NCBI GenBank assembly: GCA_951406725.2
Contig: OX597827.1
Coordinates: forward strand, 37,944,001-38,008,000
Source: Octopus vulgaris
Taxonomy: Eukaryota
Direction of reading: 5' to 3'
DNA: 64,000 nt
Part shown: positions 12,786 through 25,479 of the stretch, piece after piece
Numbering within the stretch: the first letter of the stretch is position 1
Layout: every line of letters begins with the position of its first letter
The notes under the pieces: generated by a model
Told to the model about the DNA's origin: nothing
The model's database searches: none
Seen by the model: only the letters and a program-made list of their open reading frames with translations
Translations under genes and position numbers: made by a program

Positions 12786-14499
12786 ATTTTACTGCATGTT
12801 GTTAATTGGAATGTCAACAAATAAATCATAAAGTCACACACACACACAAACACAGTCTCTCTCTCTTGCACAGATATAGTGATAAGCATAATCTTACAAT
12901 AATACTTTCCAAACATCCTCTCACACAGATATATAGTAGTATTTCTACAATAAAAGATATATGCATTCATAATTTAGTTCATGTGGTTATTTCTTGTTGG
13001 TGTGTTAAATAATTATGATAAAAGTGGCATAATTGAAATATGTTTATAATAAAATAGCAGAGAAAATATAAAGACTCCAGTTACAAAGAAAAAGTGATTA
13101 GCCAGTCATCTGGCAAACAATGTGCTATTCTTATACTTTCAGTGAGTCTGTTTCTCTATTCTAACCAAAATTAGTTTTTATGTCTGTGTATCATCATTAT
13201 TTTTATATCCCCTTTTTCAGACAGACATGGGTTGGACAAGACTACAACACTAGCAAATCTACCCATCTATGATGGGGACATAAAATGAGGGAGGGCGGTC
13301 ACAAGAGCAGTATGTATTGAGAAATGTATAAATGGACTTGATAGATTACTTGGTGATGTCTTAAAGAAATCACATTATTGTTGGTGATGCAGCATTCTAT
13401 TGCAGCTACATAACATATTTGCGACTAAGTGACATGTGATGACAATTCACTCCCGAATTGAAATAAACTCCTAGCCTCTGTATCCTGAATGGTTATGGGG
13501 ACCACACCTAACAAAAGCCAGACCTTCCTTCAATCACTACACAAAAAGTATTAAGAAAAAAATGTTATTTAGATATACTTTTATTTTAGTTGTTTACACT
13601 ATTTTATGCAGGCTTATAGTCTTATACATTCAAAGTTCACAAATATCCATATTTAAATTGTGAATCATATTCCTTTCAATAATATCAATATGATTACAAA
13701 ACTTCTTTGTAGACGATATTTTCTGTTTGGTCGACACTAATTTTCAAATTACTGGAGTCCTTTTCTCTACTCATAGCGACATATAACTGGCTGTGTGTAA
13801 ACATCAGAACAGGTAAAAAATACTCCTACACGATCTAAAGTCTGGCCTTGTGCTTTGTTTGCTGTGAATGCATGCACAAGTAGAATCTTTAGGAATCTGC
13901 CCACCTATGATGGGAAATAAAGGGATAGTATCGCAAGTCTAAACCCTCAAAATTCATGAACTATATAGTGAGGGGAATCCAGAGTTAATCCTCGTCACAG
14001 GAATTTAAAAAAAAAAAAATCAAAGGTGATTTATTGATACAAAACTCGATATACAATAAATAATCATACTTCTTCACATTTTTCCCTATTTACCTCCTTT
14101 GTAATCCAGCCATTTGACCATGAATAGGGAACAGGCAGAAGGACATAACACTCATTATAAGAAGTTGACTTACTTCTTTTATTAGTTACCTCCCCTGTAA
14201 TTATTATTTACGCCTGTGAACTGAAATGAACCATTACCTTCAATATCCAATAATAATCGTAATTTTTCATGTTTTTTTCACTAAAAACTTCGCTGATTTC
14301 CTCCTTCATAATCCTGAAAAACACTGGTCCAGCTCTTTGACCATGAAGAGGGCAGAGACAGATGGATATAACGCCCATTATAGTAAAATGATATCCTTCC
14401 TGTCACCAACTCTTGTTTTTTTCTATTTTTTAAGTAAGGTATTTTTATTCCATTAGTATTAACATGTTGCTGCCAATGAAACTTGAGCTACAGGATGCA

Positions 14500-14910
14500 T
14501 TGTTTACCTTGGTAGATAAAGCAATTAAGGGTATGAAGACAGGGAAAGCTTCTAGCCCATCAGGAATCACCACAGAGATGCTTAAAATATCTAACAGTGT
14601 TGGCTATAGTCTAGTCACCCGTATAGTCAATCAGGTGACACATGAAAGAGGAGCAGCACTATAGTCAACTGCTGCAAAAGTAAAGGTGATGATGTATTAG
14701 ATACGAATAATAATAGAGGTATTAAGTTGTTGGATCAGGTAATGAAAGTCACGGAGAGGGTCAGTTTAGATGAGATGCAGTTTGGGTTTGTGCCAGGAAA
14801 AAGCACCACTAATGCTATATTTCTGGTAAGACAACTGCAGGAGAAATACCCAGCCAAAGATAAATCTCTGTACATGGCTTTTATTGACATAGAGAAAGCC
14901 TTTGACAGAC
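14500..14910 (+). mobile_element. RTE LINE reverse-transcriptase fragment
   Basis: MKTGKASSPSGITTEMLK, MQFGFVPGKSTTNAIFLVRQLQEK, AFIDIEKAFD. Confidence 0.9.
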
Positions 14911-14929
14911 CTGGGATGAGGTGGGCCTC

Positions 14930-15870
14930 ACAGTGGCGATGACAAGTTTCTCCTCCCATTCATTCTCCACATTCAGCAGTCTTTCATAATAGCATTTTGA
15001 AGCCTCTTCTTTGCATAATCATTAAATACAAGTGCACCATCATCCATGCAGACACATTTCTATCCTATGACATCATGATTTCTCTCATAAATTGTCTTGA
15101 AATCCGAAACACTCTGTATTTAAGAGCAACACTGCATCCTGCTGCTTGGTGAGAATGTAATCAATCTGGCTAGCATAGCCACCTGATTGGTAGGTTATCA
15201 GCTGGCTGGTCAGCTTCTTGAAGTTCGTGTTGCAGATCAATAGGTTATTTGCATTACAGAACACCAGTAGCCCTGTTCCCTCCAATTCCATGGCCCCCAT
15301 GTACATCATGGAAAATACCGGGCTGCCGTTTGATATGCCCATTGAAATCCCCAGCCACAAAGATTAGATTCTTGTCATTTGTCTTGGAGGTAGCCTGCAG
15401 GAGAATATCATAAAAATAGTCCTTCTGTTCATTTAGTAGGCTTGCTTGTAGGGTATAGACAGAGATAATTGATGCTATGCTATTCTGCAAGACTAGCCCA
15501 AGCTTAAGCACTCTATTGCTCACCCTGACTACTTCTATGACCTTATCCACCCATTTCTCTGCAAGAAGTATACCTACATCACCTACTCCATCACTGTTAC
15601 CTTCCTAGAAGATTTTATACCTATGTCTTGCCTGTGAGGAACATGGGTGAAGCTCCTCTCCACCTTACCTCTTGAATGCAGCATACATCAACGTGCCTCC
15701 ATTCAAGCAGCTCAACAATCTTGCAAGATCTACTTTTCAATGTGCCTATATTCACAGTGCCAACCCTGAGAACTGGGTAAGGGACACTGGAGGTTACATG
15801 GGCAGGAGAGATGGTATTGGGCACCTGAAAAGAAAGTTTCAGTGATTGTTTGGCAACAGACATGTCACAT
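14930..15870 (-). mobile_element. RTE LINE apurinic endonuclease fragment
   Basis: LRVGTVNIGTL, VCCIQEVRW, VAGDFNGH, SQIDYIL on the minus strand. Confidence 0.9.
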
Positions 15871-17756
15871 CGGTTCGTCTTGCTTTAACCTACCATCATT
15901 CAAACATGTTAAAATTGTTGTCCCTATTGGTAGTGAGTAGCGTTGTAAATATAAGCGTTACTGCTGCAAATATAAATAGGTCAATTATATAAATGATCTG
16001 CCACGGTTAGTCCATTATACATAGGGAGAAAGAGGTAGGTGGCATGTTAATTTACTAATAATTTCCTAAGTAACATATCACCCTTTGGTGCATGCAGTTT
16101 TGTTTGTAGTGGGGAAGGAGGGAAGAAGGTATGTAAGTCTTCTGGTTCAGAAGCAAGGTGGAGCCCTGTAGGGGTTTCCAGTATAGGTGGTGGGGGCACT
16201 GCAGACAAGCAATGGCCAGTTTACTATTGTTGGGGAGAGAGACATGACAATATTGAGAGACATAAGTAAAACAAGAATGCATACAAATTTTAGAGAACAA
16301 TGGCGAAAACATTATGAAACAGTGACAGAGAACTAAGATTTTAGGGAATTACAGTTTGAAGGTTATTTGAAGAATCAAACATGTAATATAAACATGATAG
16401 CACATGTTGGTATTACGGGTTACATGAGTGAATGAATGAATGAGGCAATTGAGAAAATGAGAGAAAAATTCTTAGCTATGCATATTGCAAAACAACAGTG
16501 AATCAAGTGGCGTAAAAGTCTAAGAAAACATGTGCTAAAGATCCTTTATAAGAACTACAGCCGGAAGTGGTCAAATAAGATGGTCAGTTTTATTTAAGGA
16601 AAAGTTTGGTAACAAAACTAAAATCAAAAAGGAAAATTTTTGTTTTTAGATTGAAACAATAAATCAGATTCATTTCTTTAAAATAATAATTTACATATTT
16701 TATTTACAGTTGGTAAAGAAACTTTGTTTGGACAGTATGAAATCTCTGATTTTGGCTATTCTGGTCAGTATTGTATTGGTCATGTTAGATGTTTCATTTA
16801 ATTATATTCTCAGTCAAATATACTTAGAAACCAAAGGAGTTCCTATCCACAATCTTGGTTATGTTTCTGACTAACATTAATAATATCTATGAGAAAAGCA
16901 TGTATGTCATATCTCATTCCCTTATGAAATTTTTGGGGGACAAAAACAGTTAAAAGACATTAGTATTTATTTACTTATATGAAGCATTGTAGCTTGATTT
17001 TATTATTACAGGTACAACATTGATTTTCTGAAAACTTTCAGATGACTGATTTTTCCAAACCAGGGGTGGTCACCTCTACATTAAACAAATATTAAATGAA
17101 ATATAGAGCTACCAAGTAAGCCAGTCTGGCAACTGTGAGAATTTGAAGTTCCTGTTCATAAAGTAGTGTGGATTACAAGAGGTTCTGGACCATCAGTGTT
17201 GTACCTGTATTTTATTTAGAACTTTAATATTGCAAAAGATAGGGGATGGGAGCAAATATTTGATAATTCTTGTTTGTCACAAAGCTGGACTTCTCTCCAA
17301 ACTATGTCAACATAAAAATGTCTTTCAACTAGATGTAGGGCGTTGTGTAAGATGGTGTACCAAATTCAGTGTATTACTGGTATGTATTTTGGCACAAAGC
17401 GAAGGAAATGGGATACGATATATGACCTGGTGACTATTTTTTCAACCTGCAAGGTTGAAAGAGTCTCGGTGAGATTTGAACTCAGAAAATAGATATATCT
17501 AAATATTGTCATCAACCACCTTTATGTGTAATTCTATTTTTAAACAGATACAAGAACACATTTCTAGGGAGGAGTGTAATTGACTCAATTGATTCCTCCA
17601 GTAATTCATTGGTCCCAGAAGGATGAAGGGAAAATCTGTCTTGGCTGAATTTCAATGAAAAAAGTTAAATTGTTGTAACTAAATAGTCATTTCAATTTAG
17701 AGAAGTGTGGTTGATTACAGCAACCCCAGTATTTGACAAGAAATTTATTTTATCAA

Positions 17757-18292
17757 TCAAAATCAAAATCAAAGTGAAATTCGATGACAGGCACCCGTAC
17801 TAGCAGGATGCAAAGAGCACCATATGAGCGTGTTCGTTGACAGAGCAGCTAACTGGCTTCCGTGCCAGTGGCACATAAAAGGCACTATTCGAGTGTGATC
17901 GTTACCAGTGTCGCCTTACTGGCACTTGTGCCCCATGATAGTAGGGTGCTAAGAGCACCATCCGAGCGTGATCGCTGCCAGAGTGGCTAACTGGCTTCGG
18001 TGCCGGTGGCATGTAAAAGGCACCATTCGAGCAGGATCGTTACCAGTATCGCCTTACTGACACCTGTGCCGGTGACATGTGTAAAAAGATTTGAGCGAGG
18101 TCATTGCCAGTACTGCCTGATACGTAAAAGTACCCACTACACTCTCGGAGTGGTTGGCATTAGGAAGGGCATCCAGCTGTAGAAACTCTGCCAGATCAAG
18201 ACTGGAGCCTGGTGCAGCCATCTGGTTCGCCAGCCCTCAGTCAAACCGTCCAACCCATGCTAGCATGGAAAGTGGATGTTAAACAATGATGA
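17757..18292 (+). mobile_element. RTE 3' UTR fragment with about 60-bp structured repeats
   Basis: (aaatc)n, repeated gtgccggtggca..taaaaggcacc units, RTE terminal sequence and atgatga tail. Confidence 0.85.
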
Positions 18293-19231
18293 ACCCTCGA
18301 AAGGACAAAAGGCAAAGTTCATCTCAGAGGGATTTGATTGCAAAACGTTAAACGGCTTTAACTAAATGCAGCAAAGCATTTTGTCCAACACTAAAGATTC
18401 TCCCATTCATCATCCTCTAATAATTGCTTCCAATATAGGCACAAGGCCAGACATTTAGATTGAGGAAACAGTTAATTATACTGCCTCCATAATACTTACC
18501 AAAAACTTTATTTTCCTTAACCACACCAAAGGATGGAAGGTAAAGTTGACACCAAGGGATTTAAACTTGGAATCTAAAAGGTTGTATTGAAACACCACAA
18601 GGTATTTTATTTGCCATGAATCCACATCCCTCTAGTATTAAAAGTCAGTCAGAGTTCATATTTAGAATGGAGAGACAGGAAGTTGTGACATTTAGATATA
18701 TTAGCAAAGTAGGTTAAGTACTTTCTGCATAAAACTGAAGACTAAGGTCAATCATGCACAGCTGGTGATAGGTTTATGATGTTTATGCCTTTACTAAAAT
18801 CTTTGGTAGCATAAACAAAATGGCTTCATCCAGAATGTAAAAAGGTAGTATCCTAAATATTAATATATGTATAGTGCAATGTTTGATAATATAAATAATA
18901 ATTGATTTTAATGCAGGTAAGGAGGTTGTGATGTTCATGTATCTCTGAAGAAAGTTGGTGTACCATCTTGTCAATAATCTCTACTAAATATGCCAAATAG
19001 ATTCTGTAATCATTGGTCAGCCTTAACCATACAAAAGTTGTGAAATTCATGCCTTACCTAAGGACAGGAAAAAGATACAACTGTGAATCAGATGATTTCT
19101 GAATTAAGCCTATTGAGATTGGGGAAAGGAAAAGAGTTTGTGGTATCTATTCAGGGTTTTCCTAAGAGCACCAAGTCTGAACTGTTTCTGCAGAGAATTC
19201 ATTTGCCAAGAAGACAGCTGTACATTATTTG

Positions 19232-19278
19232 TTATGATGAATTCAGGTTGTCCATTATGGTATCAACTTGTTTTAGTT
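19232..19278 (-). CDS. COMMD4: COMM domain-containing protein 4, last coding exon (gene copy lacks 5' exons in window)
   Basis: tttctag|AA CTA AAA CAA...TAA = (E)LKQVDTIMDNLNSS*, cf. COMMD4 C-terminus ELKQAQTLM. Confidence 0.85.
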
Positions 19279-20639
19279 CTAGAAATATAAAATAAAGAAA
19301 AAATTCACTTTAAGAAAAATGGAAAAAATTTTTTTAAAAATTCAATCACAGTAATCATAAATATTGCTTTCAAATTAGTTTTTCCAAATTGGAAATGAGC
19401 AAATGTTATCTCATATTTGTGGCATAATATCCAGAGACAAATCTGCCTCACTTCCTCTCACTTTGTCAACACACTTTTCATTCATCTTCTATTATTTACA
19501 TGTCCCTCTCAGTTAGCATAGTTATCTCTCCTTCATATACTGATTAATACCTTTAATGCCCTGACACTTTCTCAACTCATTTATACTGTCTCTCATAGAA
19601 GACATTATACATCCAACAGATTATATTCAACTTCTCTCTAGTCTCCATATTCAGTGTCTATATTGTTGTTATCCCCAAATCACCCCATAACTAATGTACC
19701 TTATCTATGACTCCCACCACACTCAATCAGCACCAGTGTATCAAGGAACTTTGTAGGGATGTGAGGCTTCCTCTCGGAGATACAAGCAAAGGCATCTACT
19801 CAATGTCTTTGAGCATAACAGACCTGGTCCTCTAGATTGGTAGATGGACAGAAGGTTAACAGGGCTGCCAGCTAAAAACATCAGATAGGAAGCAAAAAAA
19901 ACTCACTTATCTTGAGGAAAGAAAGTTCCCTGCCTCAGAAATTGATGACATCCTCTGGCTAAAGCTCTTCTGAAGTTAAAATGCCCTCTGACATCAGGAC
20001 ATGAAGATTATATCTATACACAAGTAATAGCACTCAAAACTATCTAACAATGTAAAATTTTCTTAAGTAACCAACAGGAATAAGAATCATCTCAGCAACA
20101 GACAAACAAGATGAAAAGAACTGGGAGTTACTAGAAAGACTGCATGAGAAAGGAGAACTTGGATGTCCTATGTATCACAGGAGACTGAAAGGCTGAGATG
20201 AACTGCAACTAAACCTACATTATTCAATATACACTTTTTTAACATGGTAAAGTGAGCTATGAGAGAGATTCAGCTGTTATTTCATGAAGGTCAAGCAACC
20301 ATTAACATTTAAACAGTGGGAAAGGGTTGCACGAATGTATGTACCAATTAGGCAAAAAGCAAAAAATATCTCAAGAGTAATTTTTATACATACCCACTTT
20401 AAATAAGCACAAAAACTATAATAATTGTTAGTCTCTTGTACAATAACATTTACAATCTCATTAAAAAGTGTTGTAAAATATTCACTTTTTTTTTTATGAT
20501 GGTTGTATCTATGTAAAACTTTTGAAACATCAATTGATAATGTCTGCTGTTTTCTATTGAAATATCAATTGATGATTTCTGCTGCTTATGGGGTAAAAGT
20601 TCAAGTATCCATCATATTCCTTTCCAAACATAAATTACA

Positions 20640-21025
20640 TCTTATCTTTTACTTGTTTAAGTCCTGAGACTGTGACCATGCTGGGACACCACTTTGAAAA
20701 ATTTTTTAGTTGAATCAATCAACCCCAGTACTTATTTTTTAAGCCTGATACTTATTCTATCAGTTTCCTTTGCCAAACCACTAAGTTATGGGGATGTAAA
20801 CAACCAACACCGGTAGTCAAGCTGTGGTGGAGGACAAACACAGATATGAAGACACATATATATACAGGATAGGCTTCTTTCAGTTTTTGTCTACCAAATC
20901 CACTCACAAGGCTTTGGTTGGCTTGAGGGTATAGCAGAAGACACTAGCTCAAGGTGTCATACAGTGGACAGAACCCAGAACCATGTGGTTGGGAAGCAAA
21001 CTTCTTACCACACAGCCACGCCTGC
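20640..21025 (-). mobile_element. tRNA-derived SINE, near full length
   Basis: Reverse complement matches the copy at 62615-62995. Confidence 0.85.
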
Positions 21026-22032
21026 ATATTATAAAAAGTTACAACCTATTTTTAGAGGATCTTGGATGTTGTCCACTAAACATATCTCTCACAATTCTTG
21101 TTAATTCCAGGTAAAATAGCTACTTCAAAAGAATAGTGGTCTCTGTACTGGTTGTAGATAAAATAAAGAAAGAACAACACATTTTACCAACTCCTTAGGT
21201 GTACTAATGGACACAGAGTAGGTTGTTTGTATTTATTCTAGCATCACTGTTGCCATTTCAGATATAACAGTATTTTAATTTAGGTCACACTTGAACTTTG
21301 ATTAGGGTTAGTAATTGTTAGAAACTTCTCTGGCCCTGAGGAAGCAAGCCAGTCTTTGCGATAGTCTTTAGTATGGTAAGGAGAGTGAGAGATCATCAGT
21401 GCTAGTGAGACCCAGCATTTGTAGCAATTATGAGTTCTGTTGCTGGTTTTTTTGTTTAATCTCTAGACAGGACAATAATGTTTTTATGATTCCTAACGTG
21501 TATATATACTGATATGAAAAACTGCTAAACATGCACGCACACATATATATTTAAACATTTTGACATCATTGTTATTATGCTTGCATGAGTCAGACAGGAT
21601 TAGCTGAAGCAGCTTTTCTATAGCTGTATGTCCATCCTGTCACCAACTCTTACTTGTTTCCAAGCAAGATAATATTCTTCCATGGCCAGACATGCTTATC
21701 AAAAATGGCTGGAAACAAATAACATCATTTTTATAAAAGTGATGCTTGTTTACAATCATCATTTGAGGAAAAGGCACATGCATGCGTGCATATACACGCT
21801 CACACATTCACATGCGATGGGCTTCTGTGTACGATATCTATTCACATGGCTCTGATCAGTCTAGGACTTTTGTAGAAGGCTCTGACCACATGTGCTGCAC
21901 AGTGGAACAGAACCCAAGACCACATGCTTCTCAACAACACAGTCACCTCTATGCCGAATCACAAAAATATCCTCTTTAGAAAACCAGGACTTAAAAATTC
22001 AAATTTAAATAGGCTTTAATCAAAAGACTTAC

Positions 22033-22147
22033 CATTTAGAAAAACACGAAATTTTTCTGCAGACATATTAAATACAACTGGTTTTGTGTTTTCTGTGTCT
22101 GGGTTTACAACTTTTAAACATATCTGTACATTTGGTTTGTTTACTGT
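22033..22147 (-). CDS. COMMD4: COMMD4 penultimate exon
   Basis: ttccag|TVNKPNVQICLKVVNPDTENTKPVVFNMSAEKFRVFLN G|gtaagt, cf. SVEEPMVHLRLEV...PVAMSLSADKFQVLL. Confidence 0.9.
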
Positions 22148-23367
22148 CTGGAAAAGAATTCAAGAACATTGAAATAACAAAAACTGACCAGCTGTTGTTA
22201 TTGCTTCTCCTCATGTACTGCAATGGCTATAGTATGAAGAATAAGGAGGATTTAAGACTCTTGCTGCTTTTTAATGCAACCAACATAATTTGCAACACAC
22301 TTTAAGAAACCAGCCAGTCGTCTCATCACCTACAAATCAAGGAAATACGAGAGGCAAGCCACTGTAAATATGAAATCCTTTCCTGGTAAAAAATGCACTC
22401 TCCAACATAAAATATTGGCTGATGACATCAGAGTCAGAGCTAGACAAACTCAGAGACAGAAGACATGGAACCTGTAGTTAGCTATAGGTTTGAAGAAATA
22501 CAACAAGATCTAGGGAGGCAAAGCTAGGTCCTTATAGCATAGATGAAGACCATGAGTTCCTCTGAGATAACCTTCTCAGGGTTACAAATCAGACACGTGA
22601 CCAAATCAAAGTTCCAGCTAGATCGAATATTGTGGTGGAATGACATGGTATATAGAGTTGTAAAGGATGTAGAAATTGAGAGAATTATCAAGTAGCTGAT
22701 AGAGAAACTCAGGGTGAACCAGAAAGGAAGAGATGTGCACGTATTCTGCAATATGAGGATCACAGGTTGAGGTGTTCAGTATCACAAGAGAGTGAGTAAA
22801 TCAGAAGGAAGCTAGATGTCATCAGAGAATAGTATATCCAAAATGATGAAAGCACACTTGTTACTTCTAATGACATGGAAGTGCTACCATGATAGGTTGT
22901 TGAATGAGCAGAATGCATAGGATAAATAAGGTTTACCTCATGCTAACAGAGTGAGCAGCAATTCAAACTGACAACAGTGTGACGGAAAGACAAAGTACTA
23001 GAGTCAATATAACTGACTAAGGTCTTGAAATTAGTATGAAGGTTAGTTGCAGTTTATGAAATGAAACTAGTAAGGGACAAAAAAATATTCAAAACATTAT
23101 ACTTCAGAGTCCTTAATATTACCACATCACTTGAGAGAAATATCTAGACCAAGAAAATTTCACAGTTAAGTAGTATGTAATACAAACATATTAACAAAAA
23201 ATTTAAAACATAGAAAGACTGATTTGAAAAAAAAATATTAGTTCAATAAATATATTTTATATTATAGTATCAATAAACAGTCATGATATATTGAAATCCA
23301 ACATTTGTAAATAGCTGAATAATAAAAAAACTTTTAAATTACTATATTATATGTCTTAATGCCTTAC

Positions 23368-23429
23368 CTTTAGTGATTTCGAACTGATAACATAATCAAC
23401 CCGCCACTGAACTGAGTTCATATGTGATA
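23368..23429 (-). CDS. COMMD4: COMMD4 exon with COMM-domain WRVD motif
   Basis: atttag|(I)SHMNSVQWRVDYVISSKSLK|gtaagg. Confidence 0.92.
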
Positions 23430-24039
23430 CTAAATTAAAAAAGAAACATAAAGAATTAATATATTTGTATACTTGCTGTAAGCCTAATTTCCTCCAATAA
23501 AGGAGGAATATGTAATGATTATTATTTTTAACTTGTTTCGCTGGAGGCCATCCATGGATTTACAATCTAGAATTGTGATGAATCATAGCCCTGCCATAAG
23601 TATACCAGGTATGCCAACAGAGAGCTTATGAAATATTTTGCCTGGATTGATAATCCCTCACTATTAGCTATATATGTATGTATATCAATATCACACCAAC
23701 ACAAATATATACATATACACAAACATATATATAAACACATATGCATACATACATAGCTTGCCAGCTGCGATGTAAACAACATTGATGATGTCAAAACTAA
23801 ATTGGTAACTCTCTCTCTCTCTCCCCTAAACAGGAAATTTTAAAATTTGTGTGTGTGTCTGTGTGTGTTCCAGTGTGTGTGCATGGTTAGTTGAATCATA
23901 ATGTATACCTGTTTGATAATGCACATTATTACATCAACCAATCACTGAGTTTTTAAAGCAACTGTAAGGATTTATCAAAGACTGTCATAAATCTGCTGAT
24001 TTAATACCTTTATAAATGACCTGATGTCATATATAACTG

Positions 24040-24432
24040 CTTGGCTATGTGGTAAGAAGCGTGTTTCCCAACCACATGGTTCAGGACTCAGTCTCAGTGC
24101 AAGCACCTTGAGCAAGTGTTTCATATTATAGCCTTGGGCTGACCAAAACCTTGTGAGTGGATTTGGTAGATGGAAACTGAAAGAAGCCTGTTGTATATAT
24201 GTACATATATGTGTGTGTGTCTCTGTGTCTGTCCTCACTACCACCACCACCACCACTTGACAATCAGTGCTGGTGTGTTTATGACCCCATAACTTAGTGG
24301 TTTGGCAAGAGATCGACAGAATAAGTACCAGTCTTTAAAAAAATAAGTACTGGGGTCAATACATTTGACTAAAAATTCTTTGAGATGGTGTCCCAGTATG
24401 GCCACAATCTAGTGACTGAAACCAGTGAAAGA
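24040..24432 (+). mobile_element. tRNA-derived SINE, near full length
   Basis: tggctatgtggtaagaag head, gtgagtggatttggtagatggaaactgaaagaagcc core, gactgaaac tail. Confidence 0.85.
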
Positions 24433-24858
24433 TATATAGTTGATATTATAAGAATTTAGAAACTTTGAGAGAATGTAAAATAATTCTTTTTCAGAATGTT
24501 TTTGAACAAATAGGGTGTGTATACACATAATAACACTTGGTAACAAATAGAGTGTCTCTATATACACTGAGTATTATCAACATAACAAGTGAGCAAAATA
24601 AGGTTCACCTCAATTGTTCTGTATAGACTGTGTTGAGTCAGTCAGCCTAAAATTTAAAGTTTGTAAGTTAGTGGATATTAGTTGATACTTTTTCAACTAT
24701 TGTACTTAAAATGTACTTAGCAGACCCAAGTCCTTATTTTTATCTCAGCATTTTACCCTGACAATATAATAAGTAGCACACAATTTCTATTGATTTAATG
24801 TGCTTTAGCTAGCATACTAACTAGAATATGTGAGAACTACTAAATATTTTATACTTAC

Positions 24859-24939
24859 TTCGTAAACTTTGTTTGCGTAACTGTTCCTGAAACTTGGTTA
24901 CATTATCACCATAGAGTTTACAAAGTGGTATAGAATGTT
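24859..24939 (-). pseudogene. COMMD4: COMMD4 internal exon with non-canonical acceptor; most 5' COMMD4 exon seen, copy probably truncated
   Basis: (E)HSIPLCKLYGDNVTKFQEQLRKQSLR|gtaagt, cf. [27 protein letters not shown]; acceptor reads ccAT instead of cAG; no upstream COMMD4 exons recognised in the window. Confidence 0.75.
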
Positions 24940-25479
24940 ATGGAATGATATATAAGATAGGTATTCAAAAATGCATTAAATAGTATCTAAAACACAATCA
25001 TCACCATCATTACATATAGGCTAGCTGGTTTTACAGGATCCAATGTGTACAAGGACCATGCTGTCTTCTAGTGTCTGCAACGGCCTAGTTTCTATGGCTG
25101 GATAACCTTCCTAACACCAATCACTTTAAAATGTGTACTGAGTGCATGGTGAGGTCACAAAACTACAAGACCTGTGGTGGTGGTGATGGTGGGTGTCGTG
25201 TATGGAAGAAAATGAGGGGTTAAAGTATGAAGGAAAGGGAGAAGGGAGAGGCAAATATGTTCTTGTAGAGGAGCAACATGGTTACTCAACTTTAAGAACG
25301 AGAATGAGAATGATTAGAAGGAGCAGCAAGTCTGGGTGTTTCCTTAATGTACAAGGTGAGTATAAGTGTGTTGAGACAGAGTGTGAGCAGGTTGGGATTT
25401 GCAAGAGTGTACGGTGAAACCAGAAGTCCTTATCTCATCTTGTCTTCCTTTGCTTTTCTTCCATGAACACCTAAAGGCC

